NCBI GenBank assembly: GCA_964566925.1
Contig: CAZMIZ010000001.1
Span: forward strand, 71,248 to 135,247
Source: an uncultured Gammaproteobacteria bacterium
GTDB taxonomy: Bacteria > Patescibacteriota > Microgenomatia > PFEM01 > DATLAM01
Direction of reading: 5' to 3'
DNA: 64,000 bases
Shown: one piece after another, positions 19,260-28,672 of the stretch
How the letters are laid out: every line of letters begins with the position of its first letter
How positions within the stretch are numbered: the stretch's first letter is position 1
Notes under the pieces: generated by a model
The model's input: only the letters and a program-made list of their open reading frames with translations
The model's database searches: none
What the model was told of the DNA's origin: nothing
Position numbers and translations under genes: made by a program

Positions 19260-21521
19260 TTATTTAAGCTTTGTTCCTATTTGAATATTTCTGGCGAGCC
19301 GGGGAAAGGTTTCCAGTCGACGAGGAAAGTGGGGGGTAATCTTCGCTTCAAAACCAACCACGTTAGGAAGATTATCTAAATAGAGTTCACCCAGTTCAGG
19401 ATATTTGCCTGCCAAATTTTTCTTAATTTCCTCTAGGTCGAGCTTGGGGAGAAGATTTGCTTTAAGGAGGGATGTAAATCGGGCACTACCGTCTTCTTCG
19501 ACATCAATCAGTTCAAAACTAATTTCGCTCTCTTCTCTTTTAAATTCAAAACCGGAAGGAACTGTTTCCCGGATTTGGTCTTCAATTAAGTTTTTAAAAT
19601 CCTCTTCTTTATAAGCAAGAGCGGAAATCTTCGAGCTTAAAGAAAGGGTCAGTTGGTCCGCTTCTTTATCTACTTCTTGAGAATAACTTTTTTTAACCAC
19701 CAAAACTTCAAGAGATTCTTCTAAAAGTTTCGTGTCCGGTAATAGTTTTTGGCTAAGCTCACCAGCCGCTTTTTGTTTTAATTCCTCGGTTAAAGCTGAA
19801 AGGAGATTTTCCTGGTCCTCTTCAGAAACCACCGCTACTTCACGGCTCGTTCCGCCGGTAAAGGCGCTTTCATTCTTAGCAATGTAGTCAGCCGTGGAAA
19901 AATCGGCAATTGAAAATTCTGAATCGGCGGCCAAATTCCCCTCAGTGCCGATTTCAACAGCTGTCACGGCCACCGTCGCTTTCCCTGGGATTTTAGTGTA
20001 ATCTGGCCCGGCACTCTCAGAAGCAACAGTGACATCATCATTAAAACTGAAATCTAAATCTCCTGGTCCACTAATCATCGTTCCGGCCGTGAATTTTTTA
20101 GAACCTTCAGTCCGATTAAAAATGGTCACTTCTCCTTTAGAGGGGTCGCCAATCAATTTAGTTCCGGTAGTATCAATTGTTTTTTCTCCATCAATCTCGG
20201 CCTCAACTAAATCAGCTGGTAGGGCAAGGTTCGCTGGTTCAGCCGTGGAAAGTTCGGGATCAAGTTTGATTTCGAATTCTTTTTCTAAAACCTTGGGCTC
20301 AACAAAAAGGACTACCTCCGCCCGAGGAAGATACCAATAAGCGGCGATAACCACCCCGCCAACGACAAAAAGTAAACCAAGAATTAAGCCGATTACTAGC
20401 GGCGTCCTTTCTTTAAACCGAGAGAGAGAAAGAAGAGTCGCTAATTTAGAAAAATTAATCTTAGGAAAAGCTAATTTCGAGAAATCTATCTTCGGCATTC
20501 TTAAGGCAAATAAACGCTTCCCCGGAAAAGAAGGAGGGGCGCCCTCTTCTTCAGGCGGTGGTGCTACTCCTGGTTTTTCTTCAGCGGGGGGAATCTCGAC
20601 TGTCGGTTCTGGTTTAGTTTCGGGCAATTCTTCCTCAACCACATCCTTCCCTCTAACGAATCCAAAATCGGCCTTTTCTTTTTTCCCCGGTTCTTCTTCC
20701 GAAGAAGGGGTTTCTTTTTCCTCTTCCTTCTCATTTTTGGGCTCTGGTTCAAGAACTTTGATCCCTGCCGCTTTAGCCACTTCTCTTCCTCCTGAAAGAG
20801 CCACTGCCTGAATATCAAAATCGGCTGGCAAAATTTCGATTTTAGGTAGATGAACAAAAAAGGAAGGCCAGGAATAAGCAAGAAGCTGCTCCTTGGCTTT
20901 GTTTAAATCTTCTCCGGCGTTATAAAGGAAGATCCTGGCTGGAAAAGAATCTTCTTCCCTTAGGCGCGATAAGCCTTCGGCAACATCTGCTCCTAAATCT
21001 TGGCTTCTTTTAACCAAAGTCGTGGCCCCAATTTTTCCTAGATTAACTAAGCTAATTCGAGCCTCCTTTTTCTCTAGGCCTAAGAGAATGGCGGTGGGAG
21101 GAATCCCCTCGTTAATTTTTAGTTGATGGGTAATCGCCTCAGTGATAACCACAAAGCCAACCGGCTTTAAATCTAGTTTCTGAGAAACCTTTTTTAAGAC
21201 TCCCAGTTTATCAGGGGCAATTCTTTCTTCTTCGACCCAGCTTTCAGGTAAGCCAAAGATAACCTTATTAGGCTCCTTTGTTTCCCCTTCTGGAGGAGAA
21301 AAGTTTTCGCTGGCACTGGAGAGAGTGGCATCAATCGCCTTCAGAAGATCTACCTCTTCTTCCCATAACTCAGCGGCACCAGTGGCGACGACTTTCGTTT
21401 TCTCTTTTTCTACTGTCCAAATCGCCCCCCTCACTTTTTCGGAAGAAATCACTAAAGCAAAGAAGTATTCTTCTTTCTCTTCTTTTTTGCCGATTTTAGA
21501 AATGATATCTTTGACTTCCAT
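19260..21521 (-). CDS. Large bitopic protein: cytoplasmic FtsA/PilM-like actin-fold N-domain(?), Pro/Glu-rich linker, one TM, ~350-aa extracytoplasmic domain
   Basis: YFFALVISSEKVRGAIW… and …ARISLVNLGKIGATTLV resemble actin-like ATPase phosphate loops. TM is TPLVIGLILGLLFVVGGVVIAAYWYL. No LPxxG signal at the C-terminus. Confidence 0.4.
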   Translation of the reverse strand: MEVKDIISKIGKKEEKEEYFFALVISSEKVRGAIWTVEKEKTKVVATGAAELWEEEVDLLKAIDATLSSASENFSPPEGETKEPNKVIFGLPESWVEEERIAPDKLGVLKKVSQKLDLKPVGFVVITEAITHQLKINEGIPPTAILLGLEKKEARISLVNLGKIGATTLVKRSQDLGADVAEGLSRLREEDSFPARIFLYNAGEDLNKAKEQLLAYSWPSFFVHLPKIEILPADFDIQAVALSGGREVAKAAGIKVLEPEPKNEKEEEKETPSSEEEPGKKEKADFGFVRGKDVVEEELPETKPEPTVEIPPAEEKPGVAPPPEEEGAPPSFPGKRLFALRMPKIDFSKLAFPKINFSKLATLLSLSRFKERTPLVIGLILGLLFVVGGVVIAAYWYLPRAEVVLFVEPKVLEKEFEIKLDPELSTAEPANLALPADLVEAEIDGEKTIDTTGTKLIGDPSKGEVTIFNRTEGSKKFTAGTMISGPGDLDFSFNDDVTVASESAGPDYTKIPGKATVAVTAVEIGTEGNLAADSEFSIADFSTADYIAKNESAFTGGTSREVAVVSEEDQENLLSALTEELKQKAAGELSQKLLPDTKLLEESLEVLVVKKSYSQEVDKEADQLTLSLSSKISALAYKEEDFKNLIEDQIRETVPSGFEFKREESEISFELIDVEEDGSARFTSLLKANLLPKLDLEEIKKNLAGKYPELGELYLDNLPNVVGFEAKITPHFPRRLETFPRLARNIQIGTKLK

Positions 21522-21523
21522 TG

Positions 21524-23305
21524 TTAGGCAGGCTGAAGGTAAAGCCGGCGCCTGCCGGCCCCTACAGATTCTTCTCTAGTTATTTTAACACGACTAATTT
21601 GGCCAGTAAAAGCGACATGTGGCCCACCACAGACTTCTTTAGAATAATCTCCAATTAAATAAACCTTTACTTTTTCACCGTACTTCTCATCAAAAAAAGC
21701 GAGAGCCCCTTCTTTCTTGGCTTCCTCAAGGGTCATCATTTTCATTTTAACAGGGAGGTTTGCTCTTATCTGTTGATTAATAATCTTTTCAATCTTTCTT
21801 ATTTGTGCTTCAGTCAACTTCTCTGGGTGAGTAAAATCAAACCGTAATCGTTCCGGGGTAATGTTGCTCCCTACCTGCTTGATGTGATCTCCTAAAACAT
21901 CTCGCAAGGCTTGGTGTAAAAGATGAGTAGCGGTGTGTAGCTTAGTTACTTCCTCAGAATGATCCGCCAACCCCCCAACAAATTTCTTTTCCGCTCCTTT
22001 TCTGGAAATCTCTTGATGTTTTTTAAATTCTTTTTCAAAAACTTCTTTTGCAATTTTTTGGCCTCTTTCTTGAGCAATTTCCTCGGTCATCTCTAAAGGA
22101 AATCCATAAGTTTCATAAAGATAAAAAGCAATTTTCCCAGTAATGGTTGGGTACTTCTCAATTTCCTTAAGACCTCTTCCAATGGTCCATCTAATCTTAC
22201 GAATTTCTAAGCTAACCTCCCTCATAATCTCATCAGAATTAATTCCCTGAAAGTAGTCTGGGTAAATACTAATGATAATCTCAACTAACGACTTAAAATC
22301 TTTGCTGTCAAAACTCTTATCGATTGAATATGCCTTGAAGGCAGACCTCCGTAGTAATCTTCTCAAGATATATCCTTGGTCTTTATTGGATGGTTTTACA
22401 TCATCTGAAATTAGAAAGACTGACGCCTTAAGATGATCAGCAATAACCCGAAAGGATCGTAAATCCTTCCAATCAGAGCCGCGATCGTTCTTTAAACAGG
22501 AAAAATTTGAGGCTGGATGTTTTCTTCCAAAAATATCTTTTATCTTTTTTATAATGGAGGCAAACAATTCCGTCTGATAAACATCCTTTTTCCCTTGAAG
22601 AACGGTCATTATTCGCTCCACTCCCATGCCGGTATCAATGTTGCGTTGTTTTAACTTCTCAAGCTTGCCATTCTTTAATTTATTAAACTGCATAAAGACA
22701 TTATTCCAGACCTCAAAATATTTTCCACAACCACATCCGGGGCGGCATTGAGGCCCACACTTTTTCTTACCGGTGTCGTAAAACATCTCCGTGTCTGGGC
22801 CGCAAGGGCCGGTTTCACCAACCGCCCACCAGTTATCCTCTTTGCCTAAAAAATAAATTCTTTCTTTAGGCAAACCTAAAGACTGCCAAATTTTGGCGGT
22901 TTCCTCGTCACGAGGAGTAGCCTTGTCGCCAGCGAAACAGGTAGTGGCAATCCGTTTAGAGTCAAGGTTAAGTTCTTGGGTTAAAAATTCCCAAGACCAA
23001 GAAACCGCCTCCTTTTTCCAATAATCCCCTAGAGACCAATTGCCCAACATCTCAAAAAAGGTGAGGTGAGTAAGATCGCCGACCTCTTCAATATCTTGGG
23101 TGCGCAGACAACGCTGAAGAGAAACCAGTCTTCTTCCTAAGGGATGGGGCTCGCCTAGAAGATAGGGTACCAAGGGATGCATCCCAGAATTAATAAAAAG
23201 AGCCGTTGGGTCATTTTCGGGAATCAAAGAAACATTAGGGAGTTTTTTGTGGCCCCTTTTTTCAAAAAAATCAAGATATTTTTTCTTTAACTGTTTAGCG
23301 ATCAT
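21524..23305 (-). CDS. alaS: Alanyl-tRNA synthetase, short form (catalytic + editing domains, no C-Ala domain)
   Basis: Class-II AlaRS core (…FTNSGM…GDYWK…) and editing HxxxH…CGGxH motifs; 593 aa. Confidence 0.85.
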   Translation of the reverse strand: MIAKQLKKKYLDFFEKRGHKKLPNVSLIPENDPTALFINSGMHPLVPYLLGEPHPLGRRLVSLQRCLRTQDIEEVGDLTHLTFFEMLGNWSLGDYWKKEAVSWSWEFLTQELNLDSKRIATTCFAGDKATPRDEETAKIWQSLGLPKERIYFLGKEDNWWAVGETGPCGPDTEMFYDTGKKKCGPQCRPGCGCGKYFEVWNNVFMQFNKLKNGKLEKLKQRNIDTGMGVERIMTVLQGKKDVYQTELFASIIKKIKDIFGRKHPASNFSCLKNDRGSDWKDLRSFRVIADHLKASVFLISDDVKPSNKDQGYILRRLLRRSAFKAYSIDKSFDSKDFKSLVEIIISIYPDYFQGINSDEIMREVSLEIRKIRWTIGRGLKEIEKYPTITGKIAFYLYETYGFPLEMTEEIAQERGQKIAKEVFEKEFKKHQEISRKGAEKKFVGGLADHSEEVTKLHTATHLLHQALRDVLGDHIKQVGSNITPERLRFDFTHPEKLTEAQIRKIEKIINQQIRANLPVKMKMMTLEEAKKEGALAFFDEKYGEKVKVYLIGDYSKEVCGGPHVAFTGQISRVKITREESVGAGRRRLYLQPA

Positions 23306-23348
23306 TAAAAATCATGATACCTGAAAGTTGGCTTTGAGGCAAGAAAGA

Positions 23349-23702
23349 CTAAGATAATTTTTTGCCGGAGCGGGTGAAAAAACGGCCAGTTGCTTTCCGG
23401 CCGCGTTCACGAAGTTCATCAATGTGGGCTAGTTTCTCTCGAGTTTCTTTGCCAAGCTCGCCACTTTTGGCTGTTTCTTCGAGTTTAACTTTCACTTTCT
23501 GAGCTTTTTGCGAAAACTCCTTTCCTTTTTCTTCAACTTCAGCCACCAGTTCGCCTAAGTTCTCGAGAGTCGCTCTTCCTTTTCTTTTTAGCTTTTTTTT
23601 GGTTTTCTCATCGCTGGCCAAAAAGAAAGCTAAGCCTGCTCCAATTAGGGCTCCAAAAACTAAACCGTTCAAAAAATTATTACCGTGATCGCGTTTTTCC
23701 AT
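23349..23702 (-). CDS. YtxH-like small membrane protein
   Basis: N-terminal TM followed by a charged coiled-coil. Confidence 0.35.
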   Translation of the reverse strand: MEKRDHGNNFLNGLVFGALIGAGLAFFLASDEKTKKKLKRKGRATLENLGELVAEVEEKGKEFSQKAQKVKVKLEETAKSGELGKETREKLAHIDELRERGRKATGRFFTRSGKKLS

Positions 23703-23710
23703 GAAGATCT

Positions 23711-24013
23711 TTATTCTTCTCCAGTGATTTTGGCCGACTTTTTTCTTTTCCGGCTGACCAGCCAGCCAAGAAGGCCGGTAATACCCGAAACCCCCGTAAT
23801 TCCGTCGGAAAGAGAAGCGATTGGCCTAGCAATCGACTCGGAAATGGTGCCCGCATCATCCAACATTTTATTCATTTTTTCAACCGTTCTTTTAAATTCT
23901 CGGAGAATAAAAAAAACCTGAACTCCAATAATAGTTAACAAGATAGTCAAGGTGGTAACGACAACGATAAGAAGAACCTGAGTAGTATCAATCATAATCT
24001 TAGTATCTAACAC
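23711..24013 (-). CDS. DUF948-like small membrane protein
   Basis: TM followed by an amphipathic helix. Confidence 0.35.
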   Translation of the reverse strand: MLDTKIMIDTTQVLLIVVVTTLTILLTIIGVQVFFILREFKRTVEKMNKMLDDAGTISESIARPIASLSDGITGVSGITGLLGWLVSRKRKKSAKITGEE

Positions 24014-24046
24014 CCTTCAAAAAGAAGTCAACCCTAACTTTCTAGT

Positions 24047-24685
24047 TCATTCTATGGCATAAACAGTCCGGCTAATTTCACTCTTCTTCCCTTGCTTATT
24101 GGTCGCTTCGACTACAATCGCGTTCCTGCCACTACTTAACTTCAGTTGATAGCGAAACTCTCCTTCTTCAGAAAGATTAACAATCTGACCGTTAACGGTC
24201 ACGACGGCATCGGCGCTGGTCTTACCCACCACCTCAATCGTTTCGCCAATCACTTTTTCTTCAGGTAAGGGAGCGATTAAAGTAATTCGGGGCGGATTAA
24301 TTAGAGAAAAATACTGATAAAGGAGGTAGCCAAAAAAAAGAACGAAAAAACCCGCCGCTAAAAGAATAATCGTCAGTCTGGGTGACCAAGAAAGGAAGGG
24401 TTTGTCCAGCGGCTTCAAGGCTATTTGGGGAATGACGCGCCCTCGCTTATCTTGGGTAAAATCGCGGCGGAAAATGGCTAACAATGAGGTTGAAGAAAGA
24501 CCTAAAAATTCAGCATAATTTTTAATGAAGCCACGGGCAGAAGTAAGAGAGGGTAATTTTTCATATTCGTCCTCTTCTAGGGCCCGAAGGTTATCAAGAC
24601 GAATCTTGGTGGCTTTCTCTATTTCGGCAAGACTCACCCCTTTTTCTTGACGATTTTTTTTCAAAATCTGGCCAACGGTTTTCAT
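24047..24685 (-). CDS. rodZ: RodZ-like cytoskeletal protein (XRE HTH, TM, C-terminal beta-domain)
   Basis: GVSLAEIEKATKIRLDNLRALE HTH, central TM and C-terminal domain. Confidence 0.5.
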   Translation of the reverse strand: MKTVGQILKKNRQEKGVSLAEIEKATKIRLDNLRALEEDEYEKLPSLTSARGFIKNYAEFLGLSSTSLLAIFRRDFTQDKRGRVIPQIALKPLDKPFLSWSPRLTIILLAAGFFVLFFGYLLYQYFSLINPPRITLIAPLPEEKVIGETIEVVGKTSADAVVTVNGQIVNLSEEGEFRYQLKLSSGRNAIVVEATNKQGKKSEISRTVYAIE

Positions 24686-24695
24686 TAATGAAGCT

Positions 24696-26765
24696 TCAGC
24701 TAGTAGATTGAGAGGCTAAAAATTCTTCGGCATTTTTAACTAAGACTTCCCGTGGCTTTGAAGCATCAGCGGGTCCGACAATTCCGGAGCGCTCGAGCTG
24801 GTCAAGAATCCGAGCCGCCCGGGCATAACCGATTTTCAGGCGCCGTTGCAGAAGAGAGGCTGAAGCTCGATCGTATTGACAAACGGTTCTCACCGCATCA
24901 GCGAAAAACTCATCTCTTTCCGCCTCTTTCCCTGGTTTGACCATCATGCTGGGCATCTGAGTTACTTCTTCGGTATAAACCGGAGGGACACCGCTTTTTT
25001 TGAGAAAACCTATCAATTTTTGGATTTCCGGTTCGGAAACATAGGCGCCTTGAATCCGAGTCGGCTTAGCTTGATCGGGGGGAATATAGAGCATGTCGCC
25101 TCTCCCTAAGAGTTTTTCTGCCCCAGCCGTATCGAGAATGACCCTAGAATCAACTTGAGAAGAAACAGCAAAGGCAATCCGGCAAGGAACATTGGCTTTG
25201 ATCAAACCGGTGATGACATCAACTGAGGGGCGTTGGGTGGAAATCACTAAATGAATTCCAGTCGCTCGGGCCATCTGAGCAATCCGACAGATCGTGTCCT
25301 CAACTTCGGCCGGGGCAAAGAGAATAATATCGGCCAACTCATCAACAATAATAACGATGAAAGGAAGAGCAGCAAAGCCAGAAAGTTCATTATAAGACTC
25401 AATGTTCCTCACCCCTGTTTCGGCAAAAAGCTTGTAACGCCGGTCCATTTCGCTAATGGCCCACTTCAAAGCAGAAACAACTTTGTCTGGTTCAACAATC
25501 ACTGGGGTCAAAAGGTGGGGAATACCATTGTATTGAGTTAATTCCACTCTTTTGGGATCAACAAGAATAAATTTCACTTCAGAAGGCGAGGCTCGGAAAA
25601 GAATCGAGGCAATAAAAGAATTCAGACAAACCGTTTTCCCTGAACCTGTAGTCCCGGCGATTAAAACGTGCGGCATCCGACTTAAATCGGCTACCACCGG
25701 CTGGCCAGAGACATTCAATCCTAAAGAAACAGTTAATTTTGACTTAGCTTTTTTCATTGTTTCGCCAGTCAGAATCTTCTTTAAAGTTACAAATTCAAGG
25801 GAGCGATTAGGAATTTCAATCCCTACTAAAGAACGACCTGGAATTGGGGCTTCAATTCGAATTTGACCTGTCGGCGCGGCCAAAGCCAAAGCCAAGTCGC
25901 TTCCTAAGGCAGTAATTTTACTCAACTTTGTTCCTAGGGCAATCTCTAAAGCATACTGGGTGACGGCTGGCCCAAGATTGACCTCGGCTACCCGAGCCGC
26001 AATACCAAAAGATTCCAAAGTCTTCTCAATTACGGCCGCATTAGCCTTAATATCGCCCCGATCAGCTTTTCCAGAGACGGCGTCGGCTAAAACCGAAAGA
26101 GGGGGATATTCCCAAATTTGATCTTCAACCGGAACGCTGGTAACCAGTTGAGTTCCTAATTCAAGAGAGGGTTTTTCTTTCGACTCCTTCTTTTTTTCTT
26201 CTTTCGCCTCTTCTATTCCCCGAACGGTCATCGGCGCTTTTTTGATCGTTGCCGGCCGGGAAACACCCTTTCTGATGAGCGAAACACCATTTTGAAGAGA
26301 AGAAAACACTTTCCCGACAAAAAGAAGAACTTCTTCTAGTGAAGTGTTAAAAGTAATCACGAAACCAATAAAACTAATTCCTAGAAGAACTAAAAAGGCG
26401 CCAAAGCCGGTAATGAGAACCGTCAAGTTTTGCCAAATTTCCAACCCAATTAATCCTGACCGAGTTAAACTAATAGCGGCCACAAGGAGAATGCTTGCGC
26501 CCACAAAAACATTGGGGCGGGTAATTTGCCAGCGTAAACGAGAAAGCATTAAGCCGGCCACAATAAATAAAAAAGGTAAAAAAAGAACTCCCCAGCCAAA
26601 AAGTTGAGAAAGAAAAGTGAAAAGTTGAGAAAGGAGTGGCCCTTGACGAGAAAAAGAAAGAATAATCACCACCCCAATGGCGATCAGCAAAACGCTTGAA
26701 AGAGTATAAAAGGTTGCCTTCTTAAGTTTTAATTGAAATGGTTTCTTCCTTCTTCCGCGGGCCAT
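24696..26765 (-). CDS. ftsK: DNA translocase FtsK/SpoIIIE
   Basis: N-terminal TMs, Walker A GTTGSGKT, Walker B IVIIVDELAD, and a C-terminal winged-helix gamma domain. Confidence 0.9.
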   Translation of the reverse strand: MARGRRKKPFQLKLKKATFYTLSSVLLIAIGVVIILSFSRQGPLLSQLFTFLSQLFGWGVLFLPFLFIVAGLMLSRLRWQITRPNVFVGASILLVAAISLTRSGLIGLEIWQNLTVLITGFGAFLVLLGISFIGFVITFNTSLEEVLLFVGKVFSSLQNGVSLIRKGVSRPATIKKAPMTVRGIEEAKEEKKKESKEKPSLELGTQLVTSVPVEDQIWEYPPLSVLADAVSGKADRGDIKANAAVIEKTLESFGIAARVAEVNLGPAVTQYALEIALGTKLSKITALGSDLALALAAPTGQIRIEAPIPGRSLVGIEIPNRSLEFVTLKKILTGETMKKAKSKLTVSLGLNVSGQPVVADLSRMPHVLIAGTTGSGKTVCLNSFIASILFRASPSEVKFILVDPKRVELTQYNGIPHLLTPVIVEPDKVVSALKWAISEMDRRYKLFAETGVRNIESYNELSGFAALPFIVIIVDELADIILFAPAEVEDTICRIAQMARATGIHLVISTQRPSVDVITGLIKANVPCRIAFAVSSQVDSRVILDTAGAEKLLGRGDMLYIPPDQAKPTRIQGAYVSEPEIQKLIGFLKKSGVPPVYTEEVTQMPSMMVKPGKEAERDEFFADAVRTVCQYDRASASLLQRRLKIGYARAARILDQLERSGIVGPADASKPREVLVKNAEEFLASQSTS

Positions 26766-26859
26766 AGATAGTTAAATTACGCATCATCCCGGCTTCTATC
26801 GGGATCTCCGATAACCATTTCGATTATAACATGAGTAAAGCCTAGAAGAAAATGAGCTC

Positions 26860-27498
26860 TTACTCGATCAAGCTTAACTGTTTTCCTTTTTTCTCTAATC
26901 CAACTGGCTCTTCTTTTCCAACTGCCAAATCTCCTTTTAAAAGAAGCGAAATTTTCTGAAAGTCTTCTTTCAATTGATGCATAATTTCGCCTCTTCTCAA
27001 AGCTGCCGCTGGATGATACATTGGCAAAACAATGAGCTTTTTCCCCTGCCAATCAACAAAGCGGGCTTGGCCGTGAATTTGGCTAATTTTCTCATCTGGT
27101 AAAAATTTAGCCATTGAAAAGCGGCCAAGAGTAACAATTATTTTAGGATTAATAACTCTGATTTGTTCATCTAAGAACGGTCGGCAAGCTTCTATTTCTT
27201 CAGGTAGAGGATCACGATTGCCTGGAGGGCGGTGTTTAATCACATTGCCGATAAAAACCTGACTTCTTTTAAGCTTAATTGAGGCTAACAGTTTGTCTAA
27301 AAGCTTGCCGGCGGCACCCACAAAAGGTAATCCTTGTTGATCTTCGTGATAGCCTGGCCCTTCGCCAATAAACATCACTTCCGCTTCAGAATTACCAGCG
27401 CCAGGGACCGCCCTGTTGGCCCCTCTATAAAGTACACAGCGGGTGCATTTTCCCACCCGCGCCGTAATCTTTTTAAGTCTTTCTTCTTTACTTTCCAT
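26860..27498 (-). CDS. Uracil-DNA glycosylase, family 4
   Basis: CxxC…GEGPG…FVGAAG…HPAAAL motifs. Confidence 0.8.
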   Translation of the reverse strand: MESKEERLKKITARVGKCTRCVLYRGANRAVPGAGNSEAEVMFIGEGPGYHEDQQGLPFVGAAGKLLDKLLASIKLKRSQVFIGNVIKHRPPGNRDPLPEEIEACRPFLDEQIRVINPKIIVTLGRFSMAKFLPDEKISQIHGQARFVDWQGKKLIVLPMYHPAAALRRGEIMHQLKEDFQKISLLLKGDLAVGKEEPVGLEKKGKQLSLIE

Positions 27499-27504
27499 TA
27501 AAAG

Positions 27505-28629
27505 TCACCAGGTTGGCAGGAATTCTTTCATGTTCTCAACAGTTATATGAGAAGTTCTCTCTTTCCCTTCCACAATGAGCTTAGCCACTTTACGGCAAAT
27601 GCCATTAATTGTTCTTTGCAGGGTTCGGACGCCAGCATCATAACCGAGAGGTCTAACGATTTTGGGCCAAACATTATCATCAATCTTAATCGCCTCTTTG
27701 TCTAGCCCCGACTCTTTCATCATTCGGGGTAAAACATAATCCCGGCCAATGGCAATTTTCTCCTCGTCGGTGTAAGAAGGCATCTGCATCGGCTCCAGTC
27801 GATCTAAAACAGCGGTGGCAATTGAGGTTGTATTGTTGGCAGTAGCAATAAAAAGAACTTCGGAAAGATCAAAAGGAAAGTCAATAAAATGATCCCGAAA
27901 AGCCATATTTTGTTCGGGATCTAAAAGTTCCACCAGAACCCCCATAATACTGGCCCGGCCCTCGTCGGTGACTCGGTCAAGCTCATCAAGTAAAATCACT
28001 GGGTTTTTAGTTCCACAGCGCCTTAAAGCCTTCATTACCAACCCTACTTCTGCGTCCGGGTGAATCCGGGATTGACCCCGGAGATCAAGGGGATCACCCA
28101 TCCCGCCGAAAGGAATTCGGGCAAATTTTCTTCCCATCGCCTCGGCGATTGAATAAGCAATTGTTGTTTTACCGGTCCCCACTAAACCAACAAAGCAAAG
28201 AATTGGGGCTCTCATAAATTTCAGAATTCCCTCTCTCTTCTCCGACTTATTGTCCGCCGAAGTGTCAGTGAAGGCGGAATCTTTAGTGGAAGAAGCCCCT
28301 TCTCTTTTCAGTTTAAGAACAGCTAAATACTCCAAAACCCGCTCTTTAATTTCCGCCAAGCCATAATGGTTTTGGTCAAGGATTTCCCGAACGTGGTTAA
28401 GGTCAAGAATATCTTCGCTTCGCTTGTTCCAGGGAAGATTAGTCGCCCAATCAATGTAGGTAGCAACCCGCTCATATTCCAAAGAATACTCCCCAGAACG
28501 AGCCATTCGCCCTAAGCGCCGAAGCATTGTTAGACTTTTTTCTCTTAATTCTGGCGGCAAGGAAGCGGCGTCAACTTTCTTTTCGAGTTCGGCTACCTCA
28601 TGAAAGGAATCGGCAGTTTTCTCAGCCAT
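27505..28629 (-). CDS. Lon-type AAA+ ATPase module without Lon N-domain or S16 peptidase domain
   Basis: Aligns by eye to E. coli Lon ~res 280-580: YIDW..N.PW…ILD.DHYGL…KERILEYLAV; Walker A GLVGTGKTT; Walker B ILLDELD; …LLDRLE…. It stops exactly where the protease domain should start. Confidence 0.65.
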   Translation of the reverse strand: MAEKTADSFHEVAELEKKVDAASLPPELREKSLTMLRRLGRMARSGEYSLEYERVATYIDWATNLPWNKRSEDILDLNHVREILDQNHYGLAEIKERVLEYLAVLKLKREGASSTKDSAFTDTSADNKSEKREGILKFMRAPILCFVGLVGTGKTTIAYSIAEAMGRKFARIPFGGMGDPLDLRGQSRIHPDAEVGLVMKALRRCGTKNPVILLDELDRVTDEGRASIMGVLVELLDPEQNMAFRDHFIDFPFDLSEVLFIATANNTTSIATAVLDRLEPMQMPSYTDEEKIAIGRDYVLPRMMKESGLDKEAIKIDDNVWPKIVRPLGYDAGVRTLQRTINGICRKVAKLIVEGKERTSHITVENMKEFLPTW

Positions 28630-28672
28630 TCTAAGAAAAGGTTAACACAAAGCTTAAGGGCAAACAAGTTGT

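Noticed and set aside
26777-27052. 91-aa ORF overlapping the 3' end of the UDG gene
   Set aside because: Out-of-frame overlap with a well-supported family-4 UDG, and no motif; likely spurious.
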